Shown here piece after piece: positions 51,076 to 62,455 of a stretch of DNA of 64,000 nt; the first letter of the stretch is position 1, and the number at the start of each line of letters is the position of its first letter. The stretch lies in assembly GCA_903813345.2 (NCBI GenBank), contig CAIIXF020000001.1, positions 45,570,001-45,634,000 on the forward strand, written 5' to 3'. Position numbers and translations under genes: made by a program. The DNA comes from Owenia fusiformis. Taxonomy: Eukaryota. The notes beneath the pieces were generated by a model. The model was not told the DNA's origin, searched no databases, and saw only the letters and a list, made by a program, of their open reading frames with translations.

Positions 51076-52056
51076 AATCAAGCCAACATTGGTGCAAAGC
51101 CTTCACTACTGGGGACCCCGGCAATGGGCCAATTGAGCAGTATGATCCAGTCGCTGATCTCCCAAATACAGTCCACTCATAGGCAGTCTGCAGGTCCAGT
51201 GGATGATAATGGTAACACGAGTGAGAACCACTATCAGAAACCAAAGAAGCCTTGTCTATTACCTAACCCTGACCAGGCTCCCTCTGTGAATGTGCCCCTC
51301 AATTTATTGAACCAGAATAAAAACAACCATATATTGAATAGTATCACTAGCTTGCTAGCTCAGATGCAGAGAGGAGGGATGAAACATAGTCAGATGCAGG
51401 AGAATGACAGTATGAGAGGTCCCCAAAACAATGGAGGACAGAGACCCCATTATACTTCAGGCTCGCGTACCCACCCTAACCCGAACCAGAGTAGATATTC
51501 AAGTGATCCAAAACCAGGCCCTGGTAAGAAGATGGGTCTTCTGGGAAATGCTCCATCAGATGGGATCCAAGTACCTCTCTTGCCCCTTCCTGTGACTAAA
51601 AGTGTCTCTGGTCCTGAGAGGGAACAAACATCAAAGCTAGCCAGCTTGGAGAATACAAAACCAGCTCTTCTCCCCACTCCTGTTGAATCAAAAACAGAAC
51701 CAGAGGAGAAAGGACCTAAGAAACTGTTGTTTACAGAATACCCACCTAAATCTACTCCAAATCTGCAAACACCTACCAAAGTTCCAAAAGAAGGACTCAA
51801 CCCTGGTCTGAACCCACTATTTGCTGCATTTCTACAGGGACCTCTTGTGCCCACAAACCCTAATCAAGGAGAGTTTGAAATAGAAGTTAGCAACATTGCC
51901 TCTAAGAAGAAGAAATCCAAAGTACCTTTGCTTCCTATACCCCAGTCAGCCTTAGTGGACATCCCTATGACCAAGTTAATGACGAAGAAGAAGAAGAGGA
52001 AAGGTCTGTTAGGAGACATGCCAAGGAGGAATATGATGACTAGAGCACAAAGAAAG
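51076..52056 (+). CDS. RAVER: Raver exon 11 (large Pro-rich exon with PRI motifs)
   Basis: 981-nt open exon, tttcAG|AAT...AAG|GTCAGT. Confidence 0.85.
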
Positions 52057-52314
52057 GTCAGTAGCTTTAGGTACCTGGAGGCTAGGTAAAAATTGCTACC
52101 CACATGTATAAAAGAATATACAGTTTTGATGATGCGTGCTCGTTAGATCTTTTTACCAAGTTGGGATGTATTTCTTTTATACCAGGTGTTTCAAAATAAT
52201 TGACTCATAAAAATTGAGTTGAATCAATTTTTTACATTTGAAAAGCTTCCTGCTATACAAAATCCTTGCTATATATGTTTGTATTTACCAAGCTATAAAA
52301 CGGTATTTCTTCAG

Positions 52315-52593
52315 GCTAGACAAGCCAAAGAGAATGCTCAAATTCAACAAGCAGAGGAGATCCTTCATGCTCAACAACAAGTGGACCAGAATGAGAGAAA
52401 CAACAATCCTGAACATGAAGACCTGGTTGACACCCCTACACGCACCATACAGCAACAGCTTGATGCGTATCTTGCGAACACGCCTAAACGTCCAATGAAT
52501 GATGGGCCACCTGGCTTTTTGCCACTTCCTTCTGGGCCTCCTTTGCAAGAGAATGTGTATCCCAGCATGCCACCTGTCTTTGATATTAATCCG
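52315..52593 (+). CDS. RAVER: Raver exon 12
   Basis: cttcAG|GCT...CCG|GTGAGA. Confidence 0.85.
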
Positions 52594-53049
52594 GTGAGAA
52601 AAGCATTTAATTTTATAAAACTAAATCTATATTGGTGCTACTTTGAAGACAAATAAGCTAGAACGTTCAATTAAATAATTTGTGATTCTTGAGACTACAG
52701 AAACTACTGTATAAAATAGTCTCATCTAATGGTTCTCTATTTATTCATGGCTTAATTTTTATGTCACCACCAGAACTGGTGATATATTGTTATGGTCATC
52801 TAACTTTTTTCTGGATGATGTTTGACAGTTGGTGTTTGGGGTCTGTAACTGGGGTCTGTGTTTGGGGTCTGTTAATGCTTTGTTAAATAATGATACGCTC
52901 AATAAACAAATAAAAATATTCTGTATTTGTGACATATTATCAGTGACACCATTTTTTGTGATTTGTCTGTAGCAAATGATTACACTTTTGTAACAGTTAC
53001 CAAGTGGTGACAATTTGTTTAAAAATGTCCTCTATTTTGTAAATTCCAG

Positions 53050-53110
53050 GAAAGTGCTGGTCATGTGATCCCCCTCTTACCAACTCCCAATATTGACCCT
53101 CAACCCTCAG
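53050..53110 (+). CDS. RAVER: Raver exon 13
   Basis: ttccAG|GAA...G|GTAAAA, phase 0 to 1. Confidence 0.8.
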
Positions 53111-53966
53111 GTAAAAGAATATGTCAAAATCACATATAGAAGGGTTATGTACTAGGAGGTTTTGGATATAGGGTATATCCTGAGGGATATATGAATATTC
53201 CCCAAGGGATATTCCCTATATCCAGAACCGACCGTACATATGGTGTATCTCATACTTAACACGTAACACTTGTATCTCAAAGCAACGATTTCATTTTTGA
53301 ATCTTAGGTTAGTAGATCTTTCTTTATCACTCAAATTAGTGTCATTTTCGTGTCTATTATCCATGTCATTACAGAATTTCACTCGACTTTCAGATTTAAT
53401 TTTTCCTCGGAAGAAGTCCAAAAATGCCTCATTACACGACACGAAAAAAAGAACAATTACATTGAAAAATTCCCGGGAGTGGGATGGATATATTATATCT
53501 GCCTGCATTTGGTCTAGAGTGGGACATATACAATATATCCTGTCCACTCCTCAGATATGATATATATTCCTGGGTGATATCTACCCTAAACCCACTCAAG
53601 TATGAGATACAAAACAATATTTCTATATTTTATAGTTTTGAATTACATTTACTCTTTGCATTCAAACACCTTTCTACTTTAAGAAGTGAAGTGCCAAATG
53701 AAAATATTTTTGTTGATTTCGTATTCACCATATTAGATATTGTTACCCTAAATCCTCATGGCTTATATTAGTTTGGCTTGAACATAAGGCAATGTAGAAT
53801 TGGTTTTATTACAATTTCTAACACTGTATGCAAAATGAAGCGAAGAAGTTTTGGCAAGAGTAATTTCAACATGTAAACAGTCATAAAACTCCACAAAGTA
53901 CAGGCTGTTTAGGTAAAAATACTAAAAAACGATCAAATATATTCATTTATTGCTGATTTTCCCCAG

Positions 53967-54091
53967 GAACTGTGAACCCTGTATATAACAACTACAACCA
54001 GATGCAGAACTACTATAATCAGATGTATCAGCAAATGACAGCCATACAGCCATCTGGGTTCCCTCCACAAGTCATGCCAGACCCTAGTCAG
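53967..54091 (+). CDS. RAVER: Raver exon 14 (Y/N/Q-rich)
   Basis: ccccAG|GA...CAG|GTGAGA, phase 1 to 0. Confidence 0.83.
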
Positions 54092-54515
54092 GTGAGATCT
54101 AATGTCAATGTCATATCTTTTGCATTACTGAAATTTATTCCCATATACGGTATAAAGATAATTCAGTGTAACATTGAAATTTGACACCATTATTTGTTGT
54201 CACTATGGATAGGGATATACAACTTGTATGGTCAGTATATTGATGGTCATCCACATACCACTAATGCCTTCAATTATGTTTGGGTGTGAAGGTCTTGTTT
54301 ACTTAATGCTCACTGACTTTTTTGAAAACCCCCAGAATTGATCATTTGCATTTTTAAGAGGAGGGAGGGTGTCAGTTTGCATGGCAACTAACTAGACACC
54401 ATATTATTGATATCTTGTCTATTTCATTTCATTTGATTTATTGTTATATGAAGGAAATAAGAAAAAAAAGTCATTTCTCTAACTGTGGAATTTGTGATTT
54501 TATCACATTTTGCAG

Positions 54516-54671
54516 GTTGATCAGATGACTATGCAACAAATAATGCAACAGGCAATACTGGACCTCAAGGCCCCTGATCGATCTGAAGATAAAGAAAGCA
54601 GTGGTCCTGATACTGATACTGAATCGCAAGCCATCTCAACTGATACTACCTCTGATACTGCATCATTAGGG
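54516..54671 (+). CDS. RAVER: Raver exon 15
   Basis: ttgcAG|GTT...GGG|GTATGT, phase 0 to 0. Confidence 0.83.
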
Positions 54672-54861
54672 GTATGTTTTCTTAGATATGCCAAATATTG
54701 TATTGAAATAGAGGACCTAATTGTCCATCACTCCCATCATTTATTCATGCAATAACTCAGTTACCAATGCTAATTTTGTTTGGTGCAAAGATAAACTTAA
54801 TGTTTCTGTACAGTCTCTTGTTGCATCAACAATTTAGGTTTTTCATTTTAACCCCAAAAAG

Positions 54862-55555
54862 GTGTGATTAATTTGTATTTCAAATGATTAGAAGCCCTTT
54901 ATTGAACCTAGTAATTACTTTGTATTTCAGGATGAACAGAAGCCTTACATTGAGCCTATTGATTATTTTGTATTTCAGGATGAACAGAAGCCTTATGTTG
55001 AATCTAATGATTCCTTTGTTTTCCTGGATGAACAGAAGTTCTGTATTGAGCCTATTTTGTATTTCAGGATGGACAGAAGCCTTGTATTGACCCAAGTGAT
55101 TTCTTTGTATTTCAGGATGAGCAGAAGCTTTATATTGAGCCTATTTTGTATTTCAGGATGGACAGAAGCCTTGTATTGACCCAAGTGATTTCTTTGTATT
55201 TCAGGATGAGCAGAAGCTTTGTATTGAGCCTATTTTGTATTTCAGGATGGACAGAAGCCTTGTATTGACCCAAGTGATTTCTTTGTATTTCAGGATGAGC
55301 AGAAGCCCTGTATTGAGCCTTCTTTGTATTTCAGGATGAACAGAAGCCCTGTAGTGACCCAAGTGATTTCTTTGTATTTCAGGATGAGCAGAAGCCCTGT
55401 AATGAGCCTTCTTTGTATTTCAGGATGAACAGAAGCCCTGTAGTGACCCAAGTGATTTCTTTGTATTTCAGGATGAGCAGAAGCAGTGTATTGAGCCTAT
55501 TGATTACTTTGTATTTCAGGATGAACAGAAGCCCTATATTGAACCTAGTGATTAC
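54862..55555 (+). repeat. Minisatellite of 48- and 41-bp units (89-bp higher-order repeat) copying the intron 15/exon 16 junction
   Basis: tttgtatttcAG|gatg(a/g)(a/g)cagaag units with AG ending at 54930, 54978, 55067, 55115, 55156, 55204, 55245, 55293, 55334, 55382, 55423, 55471 and 55519. Confidence 0.92.
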
Positions 55556-55597
55556 AAAGAGTTCTATGGTGCAACCACGCCACGCTTTCAGTTCGAG
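55520..55597 (+). CDS. RAVER: Raver exon 16 (DEQKPYIEPSDYKEFYGATTPRFQFE)
   Basis: Runs from the last acceptor of the array to GAG|GTATGC; 78 nt, phase 0 to 0. Confidence 0.72.
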
Positions 55598-55803
55598 GTA
55601 TGCACCTGAACATAAATATTTCATATAAAATCTGTGTCTTGATTCAGACAATTGATATTGTAAATAATATCTTAGTGCCTCTGTTTTAATGTTCTTGAAC
55701 GAAACATCTACAAAATGTCATTTATGTATAATTACTATGTGCTAGTTCATTGTGAATCTTTTAAGATGCATCTTTCACTAAATCTATGCGAACACATTTT
55801 CAG

Positions 55804-55971
55804 GACTCCCCTCCACATGTGTCAAATTCGCGAAAAAGAACATCATCTGAAGCATTCTTCATCCCTCCTGCAGAGCCAAGTCCTGAGGGGGACTATATCG
55901 GCCAACATTCACAGGGTCTTGGAGGACACTACGCAGAATCTTACTTCAAACGCAGGAAACTGTTGGAGTGA
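55804..55971 (+). CDS. RAVER: Raver terminal exon (conserved C-terminal motif/NLS)
   Basis: tttcAG|GAC...SRKRT...[23 protein letters not shown]. Confidence 0.92.
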   Translation, partial: DSPPHVSNSRKRTSSEAFFIPPAEPSPEGDYIGQHSQGLGGHYAESYFKRRKLLE

Positions 55972-57449
55972 TGAAACACAATAGTGAACTTGTTTAAGTA
56001 AAACATGTTGAACACATTTTAATTGATTTGAGACCTGATAGTGTCCAAATTGAGGCACAATATTATATTTTGCACATTGCACTCAATTCAACATGAGGGT
56101 TGGCTGTCAGAGTCTGATATTTGTTTATGTGTATCATTTTCTAACGAAATCAATTTTGCGCTCCCAAAAAGTAACTTTAGCCCGAGAGTTTGGATGAATT
56201 AGTGATTAAAATTATGTATATGTGTAGAGTTTAGTGTTAAAAACGTTTCAACTGCTAGAGGTGTATACCTCAACAGTTAAGCTATACATTATTTGGTTAC
56301 TATGAATTCCCATTGATTATGTTTGTTATCGTTATTCATTTTGGGATTTCAGTATATTTAGGTAATTCATGTATTTTTTTTTTGTGTAGCATTGAAAATA
56401 TTCAAAATTAATGCTAAATATTTAAAAATTGTTCAGGTAGATTGAAATTATGGTTATCTAGGTTGGAGTAATGTAATTTTCTGATTTTCATCGTTGTATA
56501 TTTTCTGGCTGAGATTCATTTAAAGTGAAGCTCTGCTTAAAGTCAAGTTCAACAAATTGTTCAATATAACGGAGGTAAATAAATGCTAGAAATTGGTTCA
56601 CTGGTAGATTATTGTCTTCATAGCAAAAATAGGAGCTCAAAGTTGTAACTTAATTGAACAAAGAAATGAAACGTTAATGTAGTAAATAGCATAAGCATTT
56701 TTATGTCACCACCAAAAGTGGTGACATATTGTTTATTTTACCGGTGTTTCCTGAGTGCATTTTTTCATATTTTATGTCAAACCAATGAGCAATGGTGGTT
56801 AGTAGTATCACCTAAGTAAAAATGTGCAGTATTATGTAAATATATAATTCTGAAGTATGTGCTTACGATTAGTGTTGAATATAGCTCTCAAAACATTGCC
56901 AAGTTTGAATGTGTAATTGGAAGTTGGATAATATTTTATTTTAGAATTGTATGAATATTTATTTTTCTGTAGTGTTTAATACAGAGTTATATTTTAGTCA
57001 TATGATTCAACTTGAAATTATTATCAGCGTATTCCTGGTATGATAGATCCATTTTTAGATAAGAAACATAAAATGTCAATCAGTGTAGCTAATGCACAGG
57101 TGTGTCCACAGATTCTGTCCTTTTTGGCCGTTTGGCAATTTTCGCATGTTTTGTAAATATTATCTTAAATCATATATTCTTTACCATATGTCTCCTATGT
57201 TATGAAGTTAGAGTGATGAGATGGTCTTAATTGGAACGCAAGTGAGTATAAACCGTATCCTTCAATAGTTATTTGCTGAACTGGTTCATTGTGGTCTTAC
57301 ACACTTGGTCTATGTCTAATGTTCATTGCCACTGACCTTATTCTTCCTAGTACTTAATAATCGAAATTCAAATTTTCTGCTTTTAGAACCAAGGTATCAG
57401 CAATTCTGTTCTGTTTAAAATCTTGATTTTCTGAGACCTTGCATGCTTA

Positions 57450-58257
57450 CCCCCCTATCACACCAAACTAGTTCTTACCCGTTCTTGCCAGTCCTACGAA
57501 AACGTCGTAAAACGGGCTCAATCTGGCTGTGGTCGGGAAATATGGCTGAAATAATTAGCTTCTTCGTTCTTAAACAGTCTTCAATACGTCCATCTCGTTC
57601 GCAGTTCGTTCAGGTCGCACCACGTCGGTGTGCAACGTAGTAGAACGCGTCCCTTAGTCTAGAAGGTCAACATGACCTGATTACAGAACGGCATGGTCGC
57701 CATCGAATTTTGAATCGATTCAAAATTCTAAAATCACATTCCCGTCTGAGAACGTTCATAAAGTTCGTAAATAAACATTAGAAAGTTGCAGCTACGTTCA
57801 TTCCGTTCGCACACAGTTTAAAACCAGTTTTGGAGAACGCAGTGGCAACTTGTTTGGTGTGATAGCTATATTTTTGCTAACTCGTTCATAAGCAGTGTTA
57901 GATACGTTCTTAATCAGTTTAAACCCGTTTGCAATTAGTTCTACCTCATTCTAAACACGTCCTCAGACAGTTCAACTCGTTGTTAAAACGTCCCTAGTAG
58001 GATTGAAGTACGACGGTTCCGTTCGTAGTACGTCCAGCTCGTCGTTAGTACGTTGTCACTCGTTCTAATTGTAGAACGTGACGACCACGAGAACAGTTTG
58101 AGCATTGTCTAAGTTCTAGAGGACCTACCCGTTCGAGTACGTTCGATGGAGTTTGTAAATAGATCCCAAACGGTTCTTAGTAGGTCCAGTCCGTTCGTAC
58201 ACAGTTGAAGCCCGTTTTCGAGAACGTAGTGAGAACTAGTTTGGTGTGATAGTAGGG
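57450..58257. mobile_element. MITE family C, complete copy (TTA flanks)
   Basis: TIR cccccctatcacaccaaactagttct/agaactagtttggtgtgatagtaggg with TTA on both sides (57447-57449, 58258-58260). Confidence 0.85.
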
Positions 58258-59453
58258 TTATGCTTATATGCAACTCAGTATTATTTTTCAGCAATAATTT
58301 ACTGTCATGCAATAATCAGTATAGGCAGCCGTGAAATACTATTCTAAACAGCAAAGTACAGTAACATCAAGTTTGATCGGATATCCATCAATCTTTTTAA
58401 CACTGTACAACAATATTTATTAATAATATATATATTTGTATGTGTACGTTTGTGAAACTGAATGTGAACTGGATTTGTGTTGTATTTGAGTAGATGGAGA
58501 TATGGGAGATGTATTATTAGAAAAATATATATTAATCATTATAAACTGTAAAATACATTTTTTGTTACCCTATTGGTTTCTTTGTAGAAACGCATACAGT
58601 TGTTCTGAGAGGCTTGATTCAAATATCAAAACTTGTACTGAAGTTACTATTGGTATATTTATTCATGGAAACTTGGAAGATAAAAACAGTCATTTGAATT
58701 ATTTTCTTCAACCTAAAAATGCCACACTTGTTAACCAAAAATATTGAGAAATGTGAAATGTCAACCATTTTGCCGATCAAATCGTACCCTTTGCATTCGT
58801 TTGACTTCGCTTGTTAAAAGTGAGCTTTGCCATCACTCAGATTCTGCGCGCATGATGACCAAATGCAGATGTCCCGTTTAGAGGCTAAATATCCCAGTTA
58901 TCAATTATAGAAATGATTTACAAACTTTAGATTAGTGAAGGAACAACATCACTGGCAATGATTTACCTGAAACCATGGACTAGTCAGGCTGATCTCGCAC
59001 ACATACAGTAACAGTCTTATTTTTTCCCATTGGGTTAACTTAAGTACTCCCGTATTTAGATATAACTGCAGTCTCATGTTAAATAGACCTTGAAATATGA
59101 ACACCTCCCAATTTTAACAGTCATATTTGAAAAATGAAAATGTCTAATATGAACACTTTTCATAAAATATTACCTGTTTCATACAAAGTTGTTCAAATAT
59201 TTTTTTATTAATCACTACATGATATCCAATTTTGGAAAAAACATTGAATTGAATAGTGTCCATCTTTCTAACATGACTAATGAATTTACTAGTATTCAAA
59301 TCATATGTTCGAATTATTGCCATAAAGCTTTTTGGTCAATAGAACTATAAGAGTGTTCACACTTGTTTAAAATCCACAATCCATAGTGTTAGAATCAGAC
59401 AGGTTTTACGTATACTAAACTGTTTAATTCTTCCTCACATAACGAATTCATGT

Positions 59454-60587
59454 TTAGAGAAATCTTTCCGGTTTTGAAAATTCGTAATTAGAACTACTAC
59501 TACTGCAGCCTTCCTGCGAATCCGGAGTTCTGGGTGTAGTATCCACTGTTCCAATCCATTGTTTTATCCGTTTAGCCCTTTCTTCTGGCATCAGTTCGTT
59601 ATCTTTAATATATTGCTCCACGTTATCATAAGCATAGGAGTCATTAACATCTCGCCAGGTTTTCCAAGTTTCTGCAGTTTTAACACGGTCTTTTCTGACG
59701 GTCTGGTCGCCATTAATGTTTGGATCTGGCGGCGTAGCGTCTGATCTATACAGTCCTTCATGAATATCTCTTTCTTTTTGGGGTACTAAATGTTTTGTAC
59801 TCGATATCCCTTGCCATCTCTTGAGTTCATCATTTTTTGTTTTCGGTATATCTTGTTCCAATGATTTACTATTTTGGTCTGTTTTTCCTCCAACAGGCTT
59901 TGTATTTTCGGCATGTATTTTACAGGCACTGTGTTTGTGAGAGTTGTCTTTATCCGTATATTTTGTGCCTTTACCTAGACTTTGAGATTTTCGGTTAGTT
60001 GGACTAGATTTTGTTTTGTTAGATGTAAGCATAAAATGACGTTTATCATCGTTTTCGTCTTTGCTCACATCTTGCCATTTCTGCTTAATATCCAGAATTA
60101 TTTTGGATCTTTCTCGGTCTCTTTGGCCATAGTTTTTTCTGCTTGCAGCCGGACTTAGCTGCTGTTGGCATATTTCATACCACGTTATACCCTCCTTGGG
60201 TTTTGGTACCTTTGATAGTGTATCCAGACGTTTATCCGGATGGTTTATTGTAGGTTTGTTTGTACCATTGGGTACCTGACTGAATCTAGAATATGTGTGT
60301 AATGGCGGCAATAACGATGTTTCACTATTGGTTCTCGATCTATTTCCAAATGTAGCATTCAATTTCTTTCCTTGTCTTTTGCTCTGTGGGGAGCCCGTTT
60401 CTCCTAAACTTCTTGTCAAGCGAGATTTTTTCTTCCCGTTTTCTATCACTAAGGGGTTTTTTGCAGGGTTCATCTTGTCAGTTGATTGGTCCTTAAGATA
60501 TGATTGCTGGTGTACCCTTAATTTGCCTACAAGAACATGATATTCGTCCACAAGTGGATCAGCATAATCAAGGTTTCCCTTCGCCAT
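59454..60587 (-). CDS. Uncharacterised 377-aa basic, mostly low-complexity protein (single coding exon)
   Basis: Long ORF with an in-frame TGA directly before the ATG and a splice acceptor tatttcAG 17 nt upstream (5'-UTR intron). The C-terminal segment ETWKTWRDVNDSYAY...IKDNELM...IKQW looks ordered. Confidence 0.8.
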   Translation of the reverse strand: MAKGNLDYADPLVDEYHVLVGKLRVHQQSYLKDQSTDKMNPAKNPLVIENGKKKSRLTRSLGETGSPQSKRQGKKLNATFGNRSRTNSETSLLPPLHTYSRFSQVPNGTNKPTINHPDKRLDTLSKVPKPKEGITWYEICQQQLSPAASRKNYGQRDRERSKIILDIKQKWQDVSKDENDDKRHFMLTSNKTKSSPTNRKSQSLGKGTKYTDKDNSHKHSACKIHAENTKPVGGKTDQNSKSLEQDIPKTKNDELKRWQGISSTKHLVPQKERDIHEGLYRSDATPPDPNINGDQTVRKDRVKTAETWKTWRDVNDSYAYDNVEQYIKDNELMPEERAKRIKQWIGTVDTTPRTPDSQEGCSSSSSNYEFSKPERFL

Positions 60588-61515
60588 TCAGTCGTTGCGG
60601 GATCCTGAAATATAAATGGTCAGTTCTCAGAATATCGTTCTTAATAAATCGATTCAAGGAAGTGGATTTCGTTTGATATATTATGCAGTATCCACAAAGA
60701 TGTATCTGAAATATGTCATTCAAGATACAAGCGCTTTCAATATTTTTCTTCTCACTTATAAGTTTCCTAGCAACGAAGAGGAATAAATGATCGCTAGTTT
60801 GGAAGTCGTAGGTTCCATAAATAATTCTTATGTCTAATTGCACCGTGTTACGAGGGGATCAATAGAGCCACTTGGTCATAATTACGCACAATAAATAAAA
60901 TGTTTCTTACGAGAGCATGGCATTCTAGAATAACTTTTAAAAAAAGTACAAGAGTCTTACATCGCAATTGATGTAATCCATTACATCCACAGTGCAAACT
61001 GCCAAGTATGGTTTTTTACCATCGAAACCCATATACTTTTTACAGTATGTTTAGTGTTTTCATGTAAACAATTCTTACATACATACCATTACCGACAAAA
61101 AATAATATCAAATAAGATTTTGAATTGTCAATATCCGTTTTGTTTGAATTGTCAATATCCGTTTTGTGAAACTTATTGATAACTATGTAAAGGCTCTACA
61201 AACTCTCCACGACCTTTCCCTTGGCATTGAATGTCCAGTTATCATAAGGTAGAAAATATCTTACCCGAGGCAGAACAATATTTATTATAAACTTGTATTC
61301 TCCGTCTCTTGTAGCTATGTGCCAAACATGCATAACAATTGTATAATGGATAAATATATCTCAAAAGAAGACTTACGCTTTCTTAATCGATTCGAACATT
61401 TTAAAAGAAGGGATATTAGGATTAACAAAAATCTATTTATGTATTAAAGAATTTATACAGATTTACTATTTATTCCCAACTAATATGCTACAAAAATAAA
61501 TCTTTGTTAAAACTA

Positions 61516-62455
61516 CACTCCCCTCCAGAAATCAGGATATCTATTCAGTAAAAGATTCAGCAAAAAATATTTTTATATGGAAAATTGAATTGTCTAACTT
61601 TTTTGTACACTAAGTGTCTAGTTTGCTTGATGAATACTAAAGTTACACTCTTAGAAATGAATTACTTGAGTATTTCCCAAGTATTTCCCAAGTATAAAAA
61701 TTACTTAAAGTTAAATACTCAGTTTTACTTCATTTTACTTAGGTTTAACTTATATTGTCATTTTGAGTTTTTTAATTGCTTAATTATGTAAATGAGTATT
61801 ACAATTACTACAGTAAGTATTTCAATTTCTCTCCTTGCATTAGTAAATTCACCATAAATGAATTACTTAAAAATTACTTAAACATTATTCAGTAGTTCAA
61901 GGTTATTTAAGTAATTTTTGACTTAAAATGAGTAGTACAATTTCTCAATATAAGGAAATCCAAGTAATAATTTTTAAGAGTGTACAGAGCTCCAAAGTGA
62001 AAATTATTTTTCGCCTCCTGTGTTATTTCAATGGGAGAGGTTTTTTGAAAAACAATTTTGACTTAAAGACCTATAACTATGTAGAACCTGAAGAAACGTA
62101 TATATTTTTGCTAAATAAAGTTAGCAAATTCAATTGCCTACTTAACTTATATTTCTGCAAGGGACTCGGATGGATGGATATTCTGTCATATACAGTAACT
62201 TGGGGCAAACCTACCATTTCCCGTTGGTTAACATGGGAATGTCGATTTTCAAAAATTCATCATCAATTTTCGACCTATTGTAATTGAGGAAAAAATTGAG
62301 AAAATTGGAAGTATTAGAAATAAAGTCAAATTACGTTTCCATCAATAGTTTAATATTTTCATCGCAGGTTAAGCAAATAAAAATTCAAACGTAAAGAGGC
62401 TTTAACATGTACTTCAATGGGGAAGCTAAGGTTGCCAAACTTATGGAGGGGAGTG
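61516..62455. mobile_element. MITE family A copy with nested insertion
   Basis: TA-cactcccctcc...ggaggggagtg-TA. Confidence 0.82.
61646..61982. mobile_element. Nested TA-TSD MITE
   Basis: TIR cactcttagaaat/atttttaagagtg inserted into the host site aagtTAcagagc with the TA duplicated. Confidence 0.8.

Larger units (their letters stand above)
43894..55971 (+). other. RAVER: Gene span: ribonucleoprotein PTB-binding (Raver1/Raver2 homolog), 17 coding exons, about 1062 aa
   Basis: All introns are GT-AG with consistent phases (CDS 3189 nt). Three N-terminal RRMs, PTB-interaction motifs (SLLGTP, GLLGNAP, GLLGDMP), and a C-terminus [30 protein letters not shown] matching the Raver family tail. Confidence 0.9.

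Noticed and set aside
54862..55555. CRISPR-like appearance of the regular repeat array
   Set aside because: The 'spacers' are themselves near-identical, the context is a eukaryotic intron, and there are no cas genes.
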